A DNA stretch of 64,000 nucleotides from an uncultured delta proteobacterium (GCA_963807225.1 CAWEAD010000005.1:646893-710892), one strand, 5' to 3'; positions 27,146 to 36,749 are shown, numbered from the stretch's first letter. Numbers and translations are program-made. The notes: generated by a model not told the origin, from the sequence alone.

Positions 27146-29770
27146 ATGAACAGGGCCAATATTCTCATCATCATCGCCATTGCCATTATTTCCAGCTCTA
27201 TCTGGGGTTGGCTGAACCGGCCGGAACCGGAGCCAAACTGGCCGGCGCGGATCCAGGGCTTTTCTTTCGCCCCCATGCGGCTGGGGCAGAGTCCAGTCGA
27301 GCATCTGCTGCCGAGCACCGAGGAGATCGACGCCGATCTCGCCCTGTTGGCCGGCAAGACCCACGCCGTCCGGACCTATTCGGTGGAAGGCAGCCTGGCC
27401 GAGATCCCCCGTCTGGCCAGCAAACATGGCTTGAACGTCACCGTGGGCGCCTGGCTCGACGCGGACCTGGAAACAAACGAGCAGGAGATCGCCGGACTGC
27501 TGGAGGTAACCCGGGCCAATTACGCAAACGTGGTGCGGGTTATTGTCGGCAACGAAGCGGTGTTGCGTGGCGATCTGAGCGTGGCCCAGCTCACCGCCTA
27601 CCTGGACCGGGTGCGGGAGGTCCTGGAAGTCCCGGTGAGCACGGCCGAACCCTGGCATGTCTGGCTCAAGCATCCGGAACTGGCCGAACATGTCGACTAT
27701 ATCGCCGTCCACATGCTGCCTTACTGGGAAGGAGTTCAGTTGGAACGGGCGGTGGATTACGTGATTGATCACGTCGACCTCTTGCGCCGCACCTTTCCCG
27801 ATAAGCCGGTGGTGATCGCCGAGGTGGGCTGGCCCAGTAACGGCCGGACCCGCCACGCGGCGGTGGCCTCCCCGGCCAACGAGGCCATCTTCCTGCGGCG
27901 CTTCCTGGCGCGGGCCGCCCAAGAGAAATACGTCTATTACGTGATGGAGGCCTTCGATCAACCCTGGAAGCAGGTGACCGAGGGCGCGGTGGGCGCCTAC
28001 TGGGGGGTCTATAACGTCGAACGCCAGCCCAAGTTCGCCTTCGCCAGCCCCATAGTCCGCATCCCGGAGTGGCGACTGCTGGCCGGGATTTCGGTGATCA
28101 TCGCCATCATCACCTTCGCCTTGCTCCTCACCGATAGCCGGGCCCTGCGCATACGCGGCCGCAGTTTCCTGGCCACCACCGCCTTTGCCGCCTCGACCGC
28201 GGCGGTGTGGATCGTCTACACTTACACCCGTCAGTACCTGAGCCTCAGCACCGTGCTCACCGGCTTGCTCATGGTCGGCGGCACCATCGGGGTGGTGGTG
28301 GTGCTCCTGGCCGAGGCCCACGAATGGGCCGAGGCCACCTGGCTCACCCAATGGCGCCGCTCCTTCATCCCGCGCCTGTTGCCGGAGGAACTACTGCCCA
28401 TGGTCTCAATCCAGGTCCCGGCGTACAACGAACCGCCGGCGATGCTGATCGAAACCCTCAACGCCCTGGCCGCCCTTGACTATCCGCGCTTCGAGGTGCT
28501 GGTCATCGACAACAACACCAAGGACCCGGCGGTCTGGGAGCCGGTGGCGGCGCACTGCCGGAAACTGGGGTCCCGCTTCCGCTTCTTCCATGTCGCCCCC
28601 TTGGCCGGTTTCAAGGGTGGCGCCCTTAATTACGCCCTGGCCCGGACCGCACCGGAGGCGGAGGTGGTAGCGGTGATCGACAGCGACTACCTGGTGAGCC
28701 CCGACTGGCTGAAACACATGGCCCCGCAGTTCTCCATCCCTTCCCTGGCCATCGCTCAGGCCCCCCAGGACTATCGGGACGACGGGGAGAACCTTTTCAA
28801 GGCCATGTGCTATGCCGAGTACCAGGGTTTCTTCTATATCGGCATGTTGACCCGGAACGAGCGCAACGCCATCATTCAGCACGGCACCATGACCATGGTG
28901 CGCAAGTCGGTACTGGAGGAGGTAGGGGGCTGGGCCGAATGGTGCATCACCGAGGACGCCGAGCTGGGGCTGCGCATCTTCGAAAAGGGTTACGACGCCA
29001 CCTATATCCCCCAGACCTACGGCAAGGGCTTGATGCCCGACACCTTCAGCGCCTTTCGCCAGCAGCGTTTCCGTTGGGCCTACGGGGCGGTGCAGATCCT
29101 GCGCCGCCACGCCGGCACCCTGGTCGGCTACTCGCCGAGCCGTCTGACCCGGGGCCAGCGCTACCACTTCCTGGCCGGCTGGCTGCCCTGGTTGACCGAT
29201 AGCCTCAACCTGCTCTTCACCCTGGCGGCCCTGGCCTGGTCCGCCGCCATGGCTCTGGCTCCGACCCGCTTCGATCCGCCGCTCATCGTCCTCTCGGCCA
29301 TGCCGCTGGCCCTCTTTGTCTTCAAGATGGGCAAAATGATCTATCTCTACCGCACCCGGGTCGGCTCCACCGTGGCCCAGACCGTGGCCTCCGCCCTGGC
29401 CGGTCTCTCTCTCTCCCACACCATCTCCAAGGCGATACTGCTCGGCCTGATGACCAGCAACCTGCCTTTTTTCCGGACCCCGAAACGGGCCCGGGCCCAC
29501 GCCTTGCTGCAGGCCCTGCGGGAGGCCCGGGAAGAAGGGATGATCCTCTTGTCACTGTGGTTGGCCGCCATTGCCATAGTGGCCCGGCAGGGTTCGGACA
29601 ACATCGACCTGCTGGTCTGGATCGTGGTCCTGCTGGTCCAGTCCCTGCCCTACCTGGCGGCGCTGATCATGTCCCTGATCAGCGGCCTCTCCCCGACCAG
29701 CGCCAAAATCATCCGCGAAATTACCGCCACTCCACCGGAGATCGCCGCCGGCGGCAGCGAATCACCATAA
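27146..29770 (+). CDS. Bifunctional GH17 glucanase/transglycosylase plus processive GT2 glycosyltransferase (NdvB-like beta-1,3-glucan synthase)
   Basis: 874 aa. The GH17 part contains VIVGNE and IAEVGWPSNG. The GT2 part contains VPAYNEP, VIDNNT, ITEDAELG and QQRFRWAYG, followed by C-terminal TM helices. Confidence 0.8.
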   Translation: MNRANILIIIAIAIISSSIWGWLNRPEPEPNWPARIQGFSFAPMRLGQSPVEHLLPSTEEIDADLALLAGKTHAVRTYSVEGSLAEIPRLASKHGLNVTVGAWLDADLETNEQEIAGLLEVTRANYANVVRVIVGNEAVLRGDLSVAQLTAYLDRVREVLEVPVSTAEPWHVWLKHPELAEHVDYIAVHMLPYWEGVQLERAVDYVIDHVDLLRRTFPDKPVVIAEVGWPSNGRTRHAAVASPANEAIFLRRFLARAAQEKYVYYVMEAFDQPWKQVTEGAVGAYWGVYNVERQPKFAFASPIVRIPEWRLLAGISVIIAIITFALLLTDSRALRIRGRSFLATTAFAASTAAVWIVYTYTRQYLSLSTVLTGLLMVGGTIGVVVVLLAEAHEWAEATWLTQWRRSFIPRLLPEELLPMVSIQVPAYNEPPAMLIETLNALAALDYPRFEVLVIDNNTKDPAVWEPVAAHCRKLGSRFRFFHVAPLAGFKGGALNYALARTAPEAEVVAVIDSDYLVSPDWLKHMAPQFSIPSLAIAQAPQDYRDDGENLFKAMCYAEYQGFFYIGMLTRNERNAIIQHGTMTMVRKSVLEEVGGWAEWCITEDAELGLRIFEKGYDATYIPQTYGKGLMPDTFSAFRQQRFRWAYGAVQILRRHAGTLVGYSPSRLTRGQRYHFLAGWLPWLTDSLNLLFTLAALAWSAAMALAPTRFDPPLIVLSAMPLALFVFKMGKMIYLYRTRVGSTVAQTVASALAGLSLSHTISKAILLGLMTSNLPFFRTPKRARAHALLQALREAREEGMILLSLWLAAIAIVARQGSDNIDLLVWIVVLLVQSLPYLAALIMSLISGLSPTSAKIIREITATPPEIAAGGSESP

Positions 29771-29792
29771 GCAAAAAGAAGGGAATCTTCTG

Positions 29793-30233
29793 ATGGAAAA
29801 GACGGAGAAGTTCACGGTGGCCCCCATTGGGATGGTCAGATGCCGTCTGCAAGCACCGGCAGAGGCCCCAAAAAACTACAGCGAATCCAGCGAAACCGGA
29901 ACTCTGGAAATCTTCCCGGAATATTTTGACGGTCTGGAGGGGATTGAGGCCGGGCAGACTATCGTGGTCCTATTCTGGTTGCACCAGGCCCGCCGCGATC
30001 TGCTCCGGGTCTACCCGCGCGGTGACCGAAGCCGGGGATTGCAGGGCGTCTTCAGCCTGCGCAGCCCCATGCGCCCCAACCCCATCGCTCTCTCCGAGTT
30101 GCAGGTGCTGGCGGTGCGCGGCGCTGAACTGGATGTGACCGGGCTAGACGTGATCGACGGAACTCCGATTCTCGATATCAAACGGAAAATTTCCGAACAA
30201 ACCGGAACTAATCCGGCAAGCGCCAAAGATTGA
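29793..30233 (+). CDS. trmO: TrmO/TsaA-family tRNA (m6t6A37) methyltransferase-like protein
   Basis: 146 aa. Contains IGMVRC...LEIFPEYFDGLEGIE...RSPMRPNPIALSELQVL...LDVIDGTPILDIK. Confidence 0.75.
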   Translation: MEKTEKFTVAPIGMVRCRLQAPAEAPKNYSESSETGTLEIFPEYFDGLEGIEAGQTIVVLFWLHQARRDLLRVYPRGDRSRGLQGVFSLRSPMRPNPIALSELQVLAVRGAELDVTGLDVIDGTPILDIKRKISEQTGTNPASAKD

Positions 30234-30290
30234 TTTCGCTTTTCCTATGCCAGTCCGACGATTTCCACCTTTACCGTGGTAATTCCACGA

Positions 30291-30824
30291 TTATTCCGAC
30301 TCGGACCCCAAATATTTAGAGGCGTAAATTTCCGGATAGATTTCCTCGACGCAATTCGGGCAAATGCTATGGGTGAAGCGGCTGGTCGTATTCTCGAAAA
30401 GAAAACTTTCAACCGGTTGCCAGGATTTTTTATCCTTCGGGTTTTTTCCCGGCTCACGGATGGCTTTGCAGTGTGAACAAATCGGCAATATACTGCCGAC
30501 CGCCCCCTCCAGCTCTTTGTTGCGGGTGGCTAATGCTTTGTTGAGCATCATGACCTTCTGGCATTTCGTGCCCAGGAGACCTCCGACAATCCCCCCGAAA
30601 AACAAGGGGACGATATAACCTTTGAGTAAAAAAGGGTCAAATCCGGCGATAATTTTCTGGAGGAAGGAACATAGAATCAAGACCAAGCTGCCGCATAAAA
30701 AACTGCTCGCGACTTTCATCGCCTTTTTGGCATTAGCCTCATTGTCGTCCATTCTCCGCCCTCGCATATTGAGGATTGAAAAAACCCGTCCTCGAAAAGG
30801 AGACAGGTCAGAGAGCTGAATCAA
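30291..30824 (-). CDS. Small 2-TM membrane protein with coiled-coil and the same C-terminal Cys4 module (function unknown)
   Basis: The C-terminus ILPICSHCKAIREPGKNPKDKKSWQPVESFLFENTTSRFTHSICPNCVEEIY is paralogous to that of 23631-24470. The ORF-track start is TTG. ATG alternatives at 30767, 30752 and 30719 cannot be resolved. Confidence 0.65.
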   Translation of the reverse strand: MIQLSDLSPFRGRVFSILNMRGRRMDDNEANAKKAMKVASSFLCGSLVLILCSFLQKIIAGFDPFLLKGYIVPLFFGGIVGGLLGTKCQKVMMLNKALATRNKELEGAVGSILPICSHCKAIREPGKNPKDKKSWQPVESFLFENTTSRFTHSICPNCVEEIYPEIYASKYLGSESE

Positions 30825-31039
30825 CTACACTTCTCAATTGCGACCTGGCGACCCGCTTGGGGTCCATGGCTTTGCGTCCCGGGATCGCTCCCGGTTTGCC
30901 CTTTTCGAATGGCAATCGAAAAAATCAATTTAATTGATAATTAAACCATCACACCACAATGTGGCAATATTAATTATTTGACAGATATGCCAGGAGATAT
31001 TCCTTCCGGTAAAGGCGATGTTAGGCGCCTCTACCCGGC

Positions 31040-32263
31040 CTATGATTTACGAGGCAAAAAACCGGCCAACAGCGCCCCGCTGCCGGCCAGGAGAGCGGTG
31101 ATCAGGAAGCTGGAGGCAAAGGTGCCGCTTTGCTCGGCCAGCAGACCCGCCACCGCCGGGGCCGAGATCTGGCCCAGGGAGAAGATAAAGGTGATGAAGC
31201 CGAAAACTCCGGCAGCCTGCCCGGGTCCGGCCAGATCGCCGACCAGGGCGGCCATGATCGAGGGAATCGACCAGGCGGTAAGCCCGAAGCAGGCGATGGA
31301 GGCATAGAGAAAGATCTCCGGCAATCCCTGCAGCCCGGCCAGCAGATAGCCGGTGGCCTGGATCGAAAAGACCGTGATCAGGGCGGCGCGGCGGCCGATC
31401 CGGTCGGACATGGTGCCGAAGATCGGGCCGGATAAAAGGCTCAAGGCTCCGACCCAGGCCCAGAAATTTCCGGCCAGGGACTCCGAAAAACCCCGGTCGC
31501 GGATCATCGAGGTAACGATGAAGGTCACATAGACCACATAGCTGGCGCCGAAGAAGAAGTAAATAGCCCCGAGATGAGCCAGATTCTTCCGACTGATCTT
31601 TTTCTCCGGCAGGCGCCAGTCAGTGGAGACGGTGGTGGCGATCCGCTCGCCATAGGGCTCCAGTCCCAGCTCCCTGGGCGAGTTGCGCAGCACCAGGTAA
31701 TCGACCAGGGCCACCGTTAGCACCAGCGCGCCCAACACCATCCAGCCCAGCCGCCAGCCTTCCGCCCCGCCCCGGGCGTTAAGCCAGGGAATCAGCTTGC
31801 CGGCCAGCAGGATGGCGAAGCCACTGCCGATCACCACGAAACCGGTGGCCCGCCCCCGGCGCCGGCTGGTAAACCAGGAGGAGGCCAGCGCCATGATCGG
31901 CACGTTGGCGGCGCCGCTACCGATGCCGGTGAGGAAATAGAGCAGCAGGATCATCACGTAGGCGTGGGTCTGACCGATCAGGATCATCGAAGAGCCGACC
32001 GTCAAGAGTGCCAGGGCGATGGTGGCGCGATGACCGATCCGCTTCGCTACTGCGCCGCATCCCAGCACCGCGATCAGATAACCGGTGAAGTTGACGGTCG
32101 AGATCAACCCCATCCGCGAGTAATCCAGCCCCAGGGATTCGCCCATCGAGGGCAGCAGCATGCCCAGAGCGAAGCGGCCCAGACCCAGACAGGCGAAGAT
32201 GCCCAGGGTGGAGCTCCAGACGATATGCCAGCCATAGTGAAGGCGGGGTTTGCTAGCGGTCAT
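31040..32263 (-). CDS. MFS transporter (YbfB/YjiJ-like)
   Basis: 407 aa with 12 TM helices and N-terminus HYGWHIVWSSTLGIFACLGLGRFALGMLLPSM. Confidence 0.75.
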   Translation of the reverse strand: MTASKPRLHYGWHIVWSSTLGIFACLGLGRFALGMLLPSMGESLGLDYSRMGLISTVNFTGYLIAVLGCGAVAKRIGHRATIALALLTVGSSMILIGQTHAYVMILLLYFLTGIGSGAANVPIMALASSWFTSRRRGRATGFVVIGSGFAILLAGKLIPWLNARGGAEGWRLGWMVLGALVLTVALVDYLVLRNSPRELGLEPYGERIATTVSTDWRLPEKKISRKNLAHLGAIYFFFGASYVVYVTFIVTSMIRDRGFSESLAGNFWAWVGALSLLSGPIFGTMSDRIGRRAALITVFSIQATGYLLAGLQGLPEIFLYASIACFGLTAWSIPSIMAALVGDLAGPGQAAGVFGFITFIFSLGQISAPAVAGLLAEQSGTFASSFLITALLAGSGALLAGFLPRKS

Positions 32264-32319
32264 TTCGGAGATGTCCGGTTTTAAGCCAATGACAATTGGA
32301 CCAGCTTGATGATGGCCAA

Positions 32320-32429
32320 GCCAGAATCGCCAGAGATACAGGGCGCGCTAATTTCGAGGTATGCGGCGTACTTCTGTACGCCGCAGTGACGAGATAATCC
32401 AGCGTAACGCGGTCGCTGGCGAATTTGGC
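32320..32429. repeat. About 110-bp imperfect palindromic intergenic element (family E)
   Basis: The central perfect hairpin is GCGGCGTAC-TTCT-GTACGCCGC (32363-32384). The outer arms are GCCAGAATCGCCAG (32320-32333) and CTGGCGAATTTGGC (32416-32429). Confidence 0.6.
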
Positions 32430-32436
32430 GACCCCA

Positions 32437-33621
32437 TCAGGATTTGGCCGCCGCCATCGCCCTCTTGAAACCCTCTACCGAGCCCTCGATCACCGCATCC
32501 TCGACGCAGAAGGCCAGCCGGAAGTAGCCGGGCATGCCGAAACCGCGGCCGGGCACAGCCAGAATCTTCTGTTCCTGGAGCAGACCGACGAACTTGGCGT
32601 CGTCGGCGATCGGCGATTTCGGGAACATGTAGAAGGCGCCCTTGGGCGGCTCAAACTCGTAACCCGCCTCACGCAAGACCCGGCAGAACGCTTCCCGCCG
32701 CCGGGCGTAAATGCTGCTGTCCACCGTCACCCCCTGCAGCCGCGCCACCACCCGCTGCATCAACGCCGGGGCGTTGACGAAGCCCAAGATCCGGTTGGCC
32801 AGGGCCATGGCGCCCAGCAGCAACATCTTGTCGGTGACCTCCGGATGGACAGCGATATAGCCGATCCGCTCTCCGGGCAGAGAGAGGTCTTTGGAGTAGG
32901 AGGAGACCAGGATGGCGTTCTTGGTGGCGTCGAAAACCGAGGGCACCTGATGGCCGTCATAGACGATCTTCCGGTAGGGTTCATCGGCCACCAGGTAGAT
33001 GACGGTGCCGAATTTCTGGCCGGCGGTATCCAGCAACTCGCCCAGATGGTCCAGTTCCTCACGCGAGTAGATCTGGCCGGTGGGATTATTGGGGCTGTTG
33101 ATGATGATCGCCTTGGTCTGCGGCGAAAGCGCCGCTTCGATGGCGGTCAGATCGAGGCTGAAGTCGGCGGCGGTGTTGACAATTTTGGCCACCCCACCGT
33201 GATTATCGATATAAAAGTTGTACTCGACGAAGAAGGGGGCGAGAATGACCACCTCATCGCCGGGATTGAGCAGGGCTTTCATCACCACGTTCAGACCGCC
33301 GGCCGCCCCACAGGTCATCAGCATCTCGGTCTCGTCGACGGTGATCAGCTGCTCCTTGGAGATCTGGGCGGCCACCGCCTTACGCACCGCCGGGTAGCCG
33401 GGATTGGGCATGTAGCCGTGCACCCCCGGCTTCTCCTCGGCCAGAACCTCATTGATAACTTCGAGATATTGCGGCGGCGGCGGCAGATCCGGGTTACCGA
33501 GACTGAAATCAAACACGTTCTCAGCCCCGAATTGGGCCTTCATCTTGGCGCCTTCCTCGAACATCTTGCGGATCCAGGAGGAGCGGGTGGCGAAATCGAG
33601 CATTTTGGCGGATAGGGCCAT
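32437..33621 (-). CDS. Class I/II pyridoxal-phosphate-dependent aminotransferase
   Basis: Contains LGNPDLPPP, NNPTGQIY and SYSKDLSLPGERIGY (PLP lysine). I place the start at ATG 33621, preceded by GAGAGGAA, rather than at 33678. Confidence 0.85.
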   Translation of the reverse strand: MALSAKMLDFATRSSWIRKMFEEGAKMKAQFGAENVFDFSLGNPDLPPPPQYLEVINEVLAEEKPGVHGYMPNPGYPAVRKAVAAQISKEQLITVDETEMLMTCGAAGGLNVVMKALLNPGDEVVILAPFFVEYNFYIDNHGGVAKIVNTAADFSLDLTAIEAALSPQTKAIIINSPNNPTGQIYSREELDHLGELLDTAGQKFGTVIYLVADEPYRKIVYDGHQVPSVFDATKNAILVSSYSKDLSLPGERIGYIAVHPEVTDKMLLLGAMALANRILGFVNAPALMQRVVARLQGVTVDSSIYARRREAFCRVLREAGYEFEPPKGAFYMFPKSPIADDAKFVGLLQEQKILAVPGRGFGMPGYFRLAFCVEDAVIEGSVEGFKRAMAAAKS

Positions 33622-33661
33622 TGGGTGGTTCCTCTCAATTTGTAAGTTGCATCGGCGATTG

Positions 33662-34190
33662 AGTGCCTGAAGGTACAAGTGCCTAAAGTTTAAAGTGCCT
33701 AAAGTGCCTAAAATTATTGGATGTTACGATTACTTTTTTTCTTTGGCATTGGCAATTGCATTGAAAATGGCCAGTAATTCACCGCATTCATTTTGGTCCG
33801 TTATTATTGCATTCATGGGCAGCAAGTCGGCATCCCTGATGACTTCCAGCCAGTATTGCGTTTCGCTGGCTTCGCTTTCGCAGATTTTGATCCGGTTTTG
33901 AAAATCTGCCTTGCTCCGGGAACGATTGGCCTCGCGGTAATTGGCCCCGATGGAAGTGCCAGATTTGGTGATCTGATTCCGCAGGACTTTGCCCTCCGGG
34001 CTATTCGGCAATAGAGCCGACAAGCGAATGATTCGAACCGCAAATCTCCTGGTCCTGAGCTCAAGTTCCCGAGCAAATTCACGGTTGTTCTGCCTCCGAC
34101 TTTCTTGCTCCATCCAATCTGCTCTCACCGATCTTAACGGTCATGCCCTATAGCAACTTTAGGCACTTAAAACTTTCAACTTTAGGCACT
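33662..34190. mobile_element. Inverted-repeat-bounded cassette carrying the four-helix-bundle gene (putative mobile or formerly mobile element)
   Basis: The left side has four direct AGTGCCT[AG]AAG units (33662, 33678, 33694, 33703). The right side has two inverted units AGGCACT (34161-34167, 34184-34190). The cassette sits between the aminotransferase start and the PaaK stop. Confidence 0.55.
33730..34113 (-). CDS. Four-helix-bundle protein (23S rRNA intervening-sequence protein / Avd family)
   Basis: Contains ...LRNQITKSGTSIGANYREANRSRSKADFQNRIKICESEASETQYWLEVI, characteristic of the family. ATG 34113 is preferred over GTG 34128. Confidence 0.8.
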   Translation of the reverse strand: MEQESRRQNNREFARELELRTRRFAVRIIRLSALLPNSPEGKVLRNQITKSGTSIGANYREANRSRSKADFQNRIKICESEASETQYWLEVIRDADLLPMNAIITDQNECGELLAIFNAIANAKEKK

Positions 34191-34192
34191 TT

Positions 34193-35491
34193 TCACAACT
34201 GTCTCTTATCAACAATTCTCTTGGCCTTGCCTTCCGAGCGTTCAAGACTCTTCTCCTCGACCAGCTTGATCTCGACGCCGATGCCCAGTTCGGTGGCCAG
34301 CCGCTTTTTGATCAAGTCGATCATCTGCCGCTGTTTCTTCATCTGGTCGAAGAAGATCGACTCGCTCACCTCAACCAGGACGGTAACCTTGTCGAGCCGC
34401 CCTTCCCGCTCGACCACCAGCTGGTAGTGGGGCTTGACCCCCTCGATCTCGAAGAGCACCTCCTCGATCTGCGAGGGATAGACGTTTACCCCCTTGATGA
34501 TCAGCATGTCGTCGGTCCGACCCAGAACCCGCTGCATCCGGGTCAAGGTGCGACCGCAGGGGCAGCGCTCGGGCAGCAGCCGGGTCAGGTCGCGGGTCCG
34601 GTAGCGGATCACCGGGAAGGCCTCCTTGGTCAGGGTGGTGATCACCAGTTCGCCGATCTCGCCCGGGGCCACCGGTTCCAGGGTATCGGGGTTGATGACC
34701 TCGAACAGGAAATGGTCCTCGTTCAGATGCAGTCCCTTACGCTCCTGGCATTCGCCGGCCACTCCGGGACCCATCACCTCGCTAAGGCCGTAATTATCGG
34801 TGGCGATGATGTTGAGCTTGTTCTGGATCTCGTTGCGCATCGCCTCGGACCAGGGTTCGCCGCCGAAAAGGCCGAACTTGAGCGACAGGGCGTTCAGGTT
34901 GATACCCTTCTCCTCCATGATATCGGCCAGAAGCAGGGCGTAGCTGGGAGTGCAGACCAGAGCGGTGGTACGAAAATCCTGCATGATCTGGATCTGCCGC
35001 TTGGTATTGCCGGAAGACATGGGAATGACCGAGGCGCCCACCGTCTCGGCGCCATAATGGAGCCCGAAGCCGCCGGTGAACATCCCGTAGCCAAAGGCGA
35101 TCTGGACCACGTCGTCCTTGCCTACTCCGGCGGCGGTAAGGATCCGGGCCACCAGGGAAGACCAGTTCTTGATGTCGTTATGGGTGTAGCCGACCACGGT
35201 AGCCTGACCGGTGGTGCCGGAGGAGGCGTGAATCCGGACCACCTCGCGCAGCGGCACGGCGAATAGGCCGTAGGGGTAGTTGTCGCGCAGATCCTGCTTG
35301 GTGGTGAAGGGCAGCTTGCGCAGATCGTCCAGAGAGGAAATGTCCTCCGGCGAAATCCCCAGCTCCTTGAACTTCCGGCGGTAAAACGGCACATGGGTGG
35401 CGACCCGGTAAAGGGTGGACTGCAACCTCTCCAGCTGGAGCTGGGCCAGATCATCCCGACTGATGCATTCCTTATCCTGTTCCCAGTACAT
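34193..35491 (-). CDS. paaK: Phenylacetate--CoA ligase family protein (PaaK-type), paralogue 1
   Basis: 432 aa. Contains [14 protein letters not shown]...[21 protein letters not shown]...[24 protein letters not shown] precedes the ATG. Confidence 0.85.
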   Translation of the reverse strand: MYWEQDKECISRDDLAQLQLERLQSTLYRVATHVPFYRRKFKELGISPEDISSLDDLRKLPFTTKQDLRDNYPYGLFAVPLREVVRIHASSGTTGQATVVGYTHNDIKNWSSLVARILTAAGVGKDDVVQIAFGYGMFTGGFGLHYGAETVGASVIPMSSGNTKRQIQIMQDFRTTALVCTPSYALLLADIMEEKGINLNALSLKFGLFGGEPWSEAMRNEIQNKLNIIATDNYGLSEVMGPGVAGECQERKGLHLNEDHFLFEVINPDTLEPVAPGEIGELVITTLTKEAFPVIRYRTRDLTRLLPERCPCGRTLTRMQRVLGRTDDMLIIKGVNVYPSQIEEVLFEIEGVKPHYQLVVEREGRLDKVTVLVEVSESIFFDQMKKQRQMIDLIKKRLATELGIGVEIKLVEEKSLERSEGKAKRIVDKRQL

Positions 35492-35555
35492 GGTGTCCCT
35501 CCTGAAGGATCGATCGTCTGTTCAAAAAAACTTTATCAGTCCTTGCCGGCAACTT

Positions 35556-35597
35556 GAAGCAATCATTCATTGCCGGACGCCATGGCCTGATTGCTTC
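35556..35597. repeat. Hairpin of the 'CGAAGCAATC' repeat family (family B)
   Basis: GAAGCAATCA (35556-35565) pairs with TGATTGCTTC (35588-35597), a perfect 10-bp stem. The same core occurs at 36629-36681. Confidence 0.6.
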
Positions 35598-35684
35598 GTC
35601 GGCCACAGGCCTTCTGGTCATGATTCTGCTCAAAACTTCTCATCCGGCGCCATCCGCTACGCTCATTGACGCCCTACAGTTGGT

Positions 35685-35759
35685 AGGTTGGGTGACAAAG
35701 GAACCCCAACATGGTCAAAACCCCCTAATTGTTGGGGTTCGCACAACTCACCCCAACCT
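35685..35759. repeat. Nested palindromic intergenic element (family H, 'AGGTTGGGT ... ACCCCAACCT')
   Basis: The inner stem GAACCCCAACA (35701-35711) / TGTTGGGGTTC (35730-35740) is perfect. The outer stem is AGGTTGGGTGA (35685-35695) / TCACCCCAACCT (35748-35759). Confidence 0.65.
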
Positions 35760-35787
35760 GCACTTTTACAGCTCCTCAGTTCTTCCC

Positions 35788-36507
35788 CTATCCCACATCC
35801 CGGCCCAGATAGGCCCTTTGCACATCCTTGTTGGCCAGCAGGTCATCGGCCGGACCCTGGACGATGATTTTGCCGGTCTCGATCACATAGCCCCGGTCGG
35901 CCACGGCCAGGGCGGCCCTGGCGTTCTGCTCGATCAGCAGCACGGTATTGCCCTCCTCGCGCATCTTGCGGATCACCCGGAAGATGGCCTTGACCACCAG
36001 GGGGGCAAGTCCGGTGGAGGGTTCGTCCAGCATGATCAGGGCCGGTCGGGCCATCAAGGCCCGGCCCATGGCCAGCATCTGCTGCTCACCGCCCGAGAGG
36101 GTGCCGGCCAGTTGTTCCTGACGCTCGCGCAGAACCGGGAAGAGTTCGAAGATATGCTCAAGGTAGTCGCGGAATCGCCGGTTACCCTTGGCGTGCTGGA
36201 CATAGCCGCCCAGAACCAGGTTGTCGCGCACGGTCATGGTGGCGAAGACCTGGCGCCCTTCCGGCACCAGGGAGCAACCCCGGGCGACGATCTTCTCGGC
36301 CGGAGTGCGGCTGATATTGTCGCCCTGCAGGACAATCTCGCCGCCGCTGGCTCGAATCAGCCCTGAGATGGTGGAGAGCAGGGTGGTCTTGCCGGCCCCG
36401 TTGGCCCCGATCAGGGTGACGATTTCGCCGGGTTCGACATGCAGGGAGACCTTCTTCAACACCCGCAGCTTGCCGTAACCGGCCTCCAGATTCTTGATCC
36501 TAAGCAT
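35788..36507 (-). CDS. livF: Branched-chain amino-acid ABC transporter ATP-binding protein LivF
   Basis: Begins MLRIKNLEAGYGK... and contains GANGAGKTT, LSGGEQQML and LMLDEPS. ATG 36507 is preferred over 36531. Confidence 0.85.
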   Translation of the reverse strand: MLRIKNLEAGYGKLRVLKKVSLHVEPGEIVTLIGANGAGKTTLLSTISGLIRASGGEIVLQGDNISRTPAEKIVARGCSLVPEGRQVFATMTVRDNLVLGGYVQHAKGNRRFRDYLEHIFELFPVLRERQEQLAGTLSGGEQQMLAMGRALMARPALIMLDEPSTGLAPLVVKAIFRVIRKMREEGNTVLLIEQNARAALAVADRGYVIETGKIIVQGPADDLLANKDVQRAYLGRDVG

Positions 36508-36529
36508 GATGGACTCTTGCCTCCAAGCC

Positions 36530-36549
36530 ATTCCCGTGCAAACGGGAAT
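36530..36549. repeat. 8-bp hairpin with a GCAA loop (ATTCCCGT-GCAA-ACGGGAAT), part of a mosaic spacer
   Basis: A perfect inverted repeat read directly from the sequence. It resembles the widespread 'CATTCCCGC..GCGGGAATCC' palindromic unit. Confidence 0.55.
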
Positions 36550-36628
36550 CCAGCGTGAGTCTCAAGTCTTGCCGTACTCCCGCTTCCGCGGGAAGGGCTG
36601 CTTCTTCTATGACCTTGTCATTACGAGT

Positions 36629-36681
36629 AAAGCGAAGCAATCTCTGCCAGGTTGCTAAAGAAGAATAGATTGCTTCGCTTT
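36629..36681. repeat. Family-B hairpin with a 15-bp perfect stem
   Basis: AAAGCGAAGCAATCT (36629-36643) pairs with AGATTGCTTCGCTTT (36667-36681). Confidence 0.7.
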
Positions 36682-36749
36682 GCGCACAATGGCGGCCCCC
36701 TGACCCTTGGGTGCGTTCACTGCGGTTATTTCTCCATTCACGGTGATCG

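Noticed and set aside
33662-33714. Tandem AGTGCCTAAAG units considered as a CRISPR array.
   Set aside because: The units are about 7-11 nt with 5-9-nt gaps and there are only four copies. There are no spacer-sized intervals and no cas genes. An inverted counterpart exists on the other side of a gene, so they behave as terminal inverted repeats.
33730-34128. The four-helix-bundle protein considered as the Avd component of a diversity-generating retroelement.
   Set aside because: No reverse transcriptase ORF and no template/variable repeat pair is visible anywhere in the window. The gene is isolated inside a 529-bp cassette.
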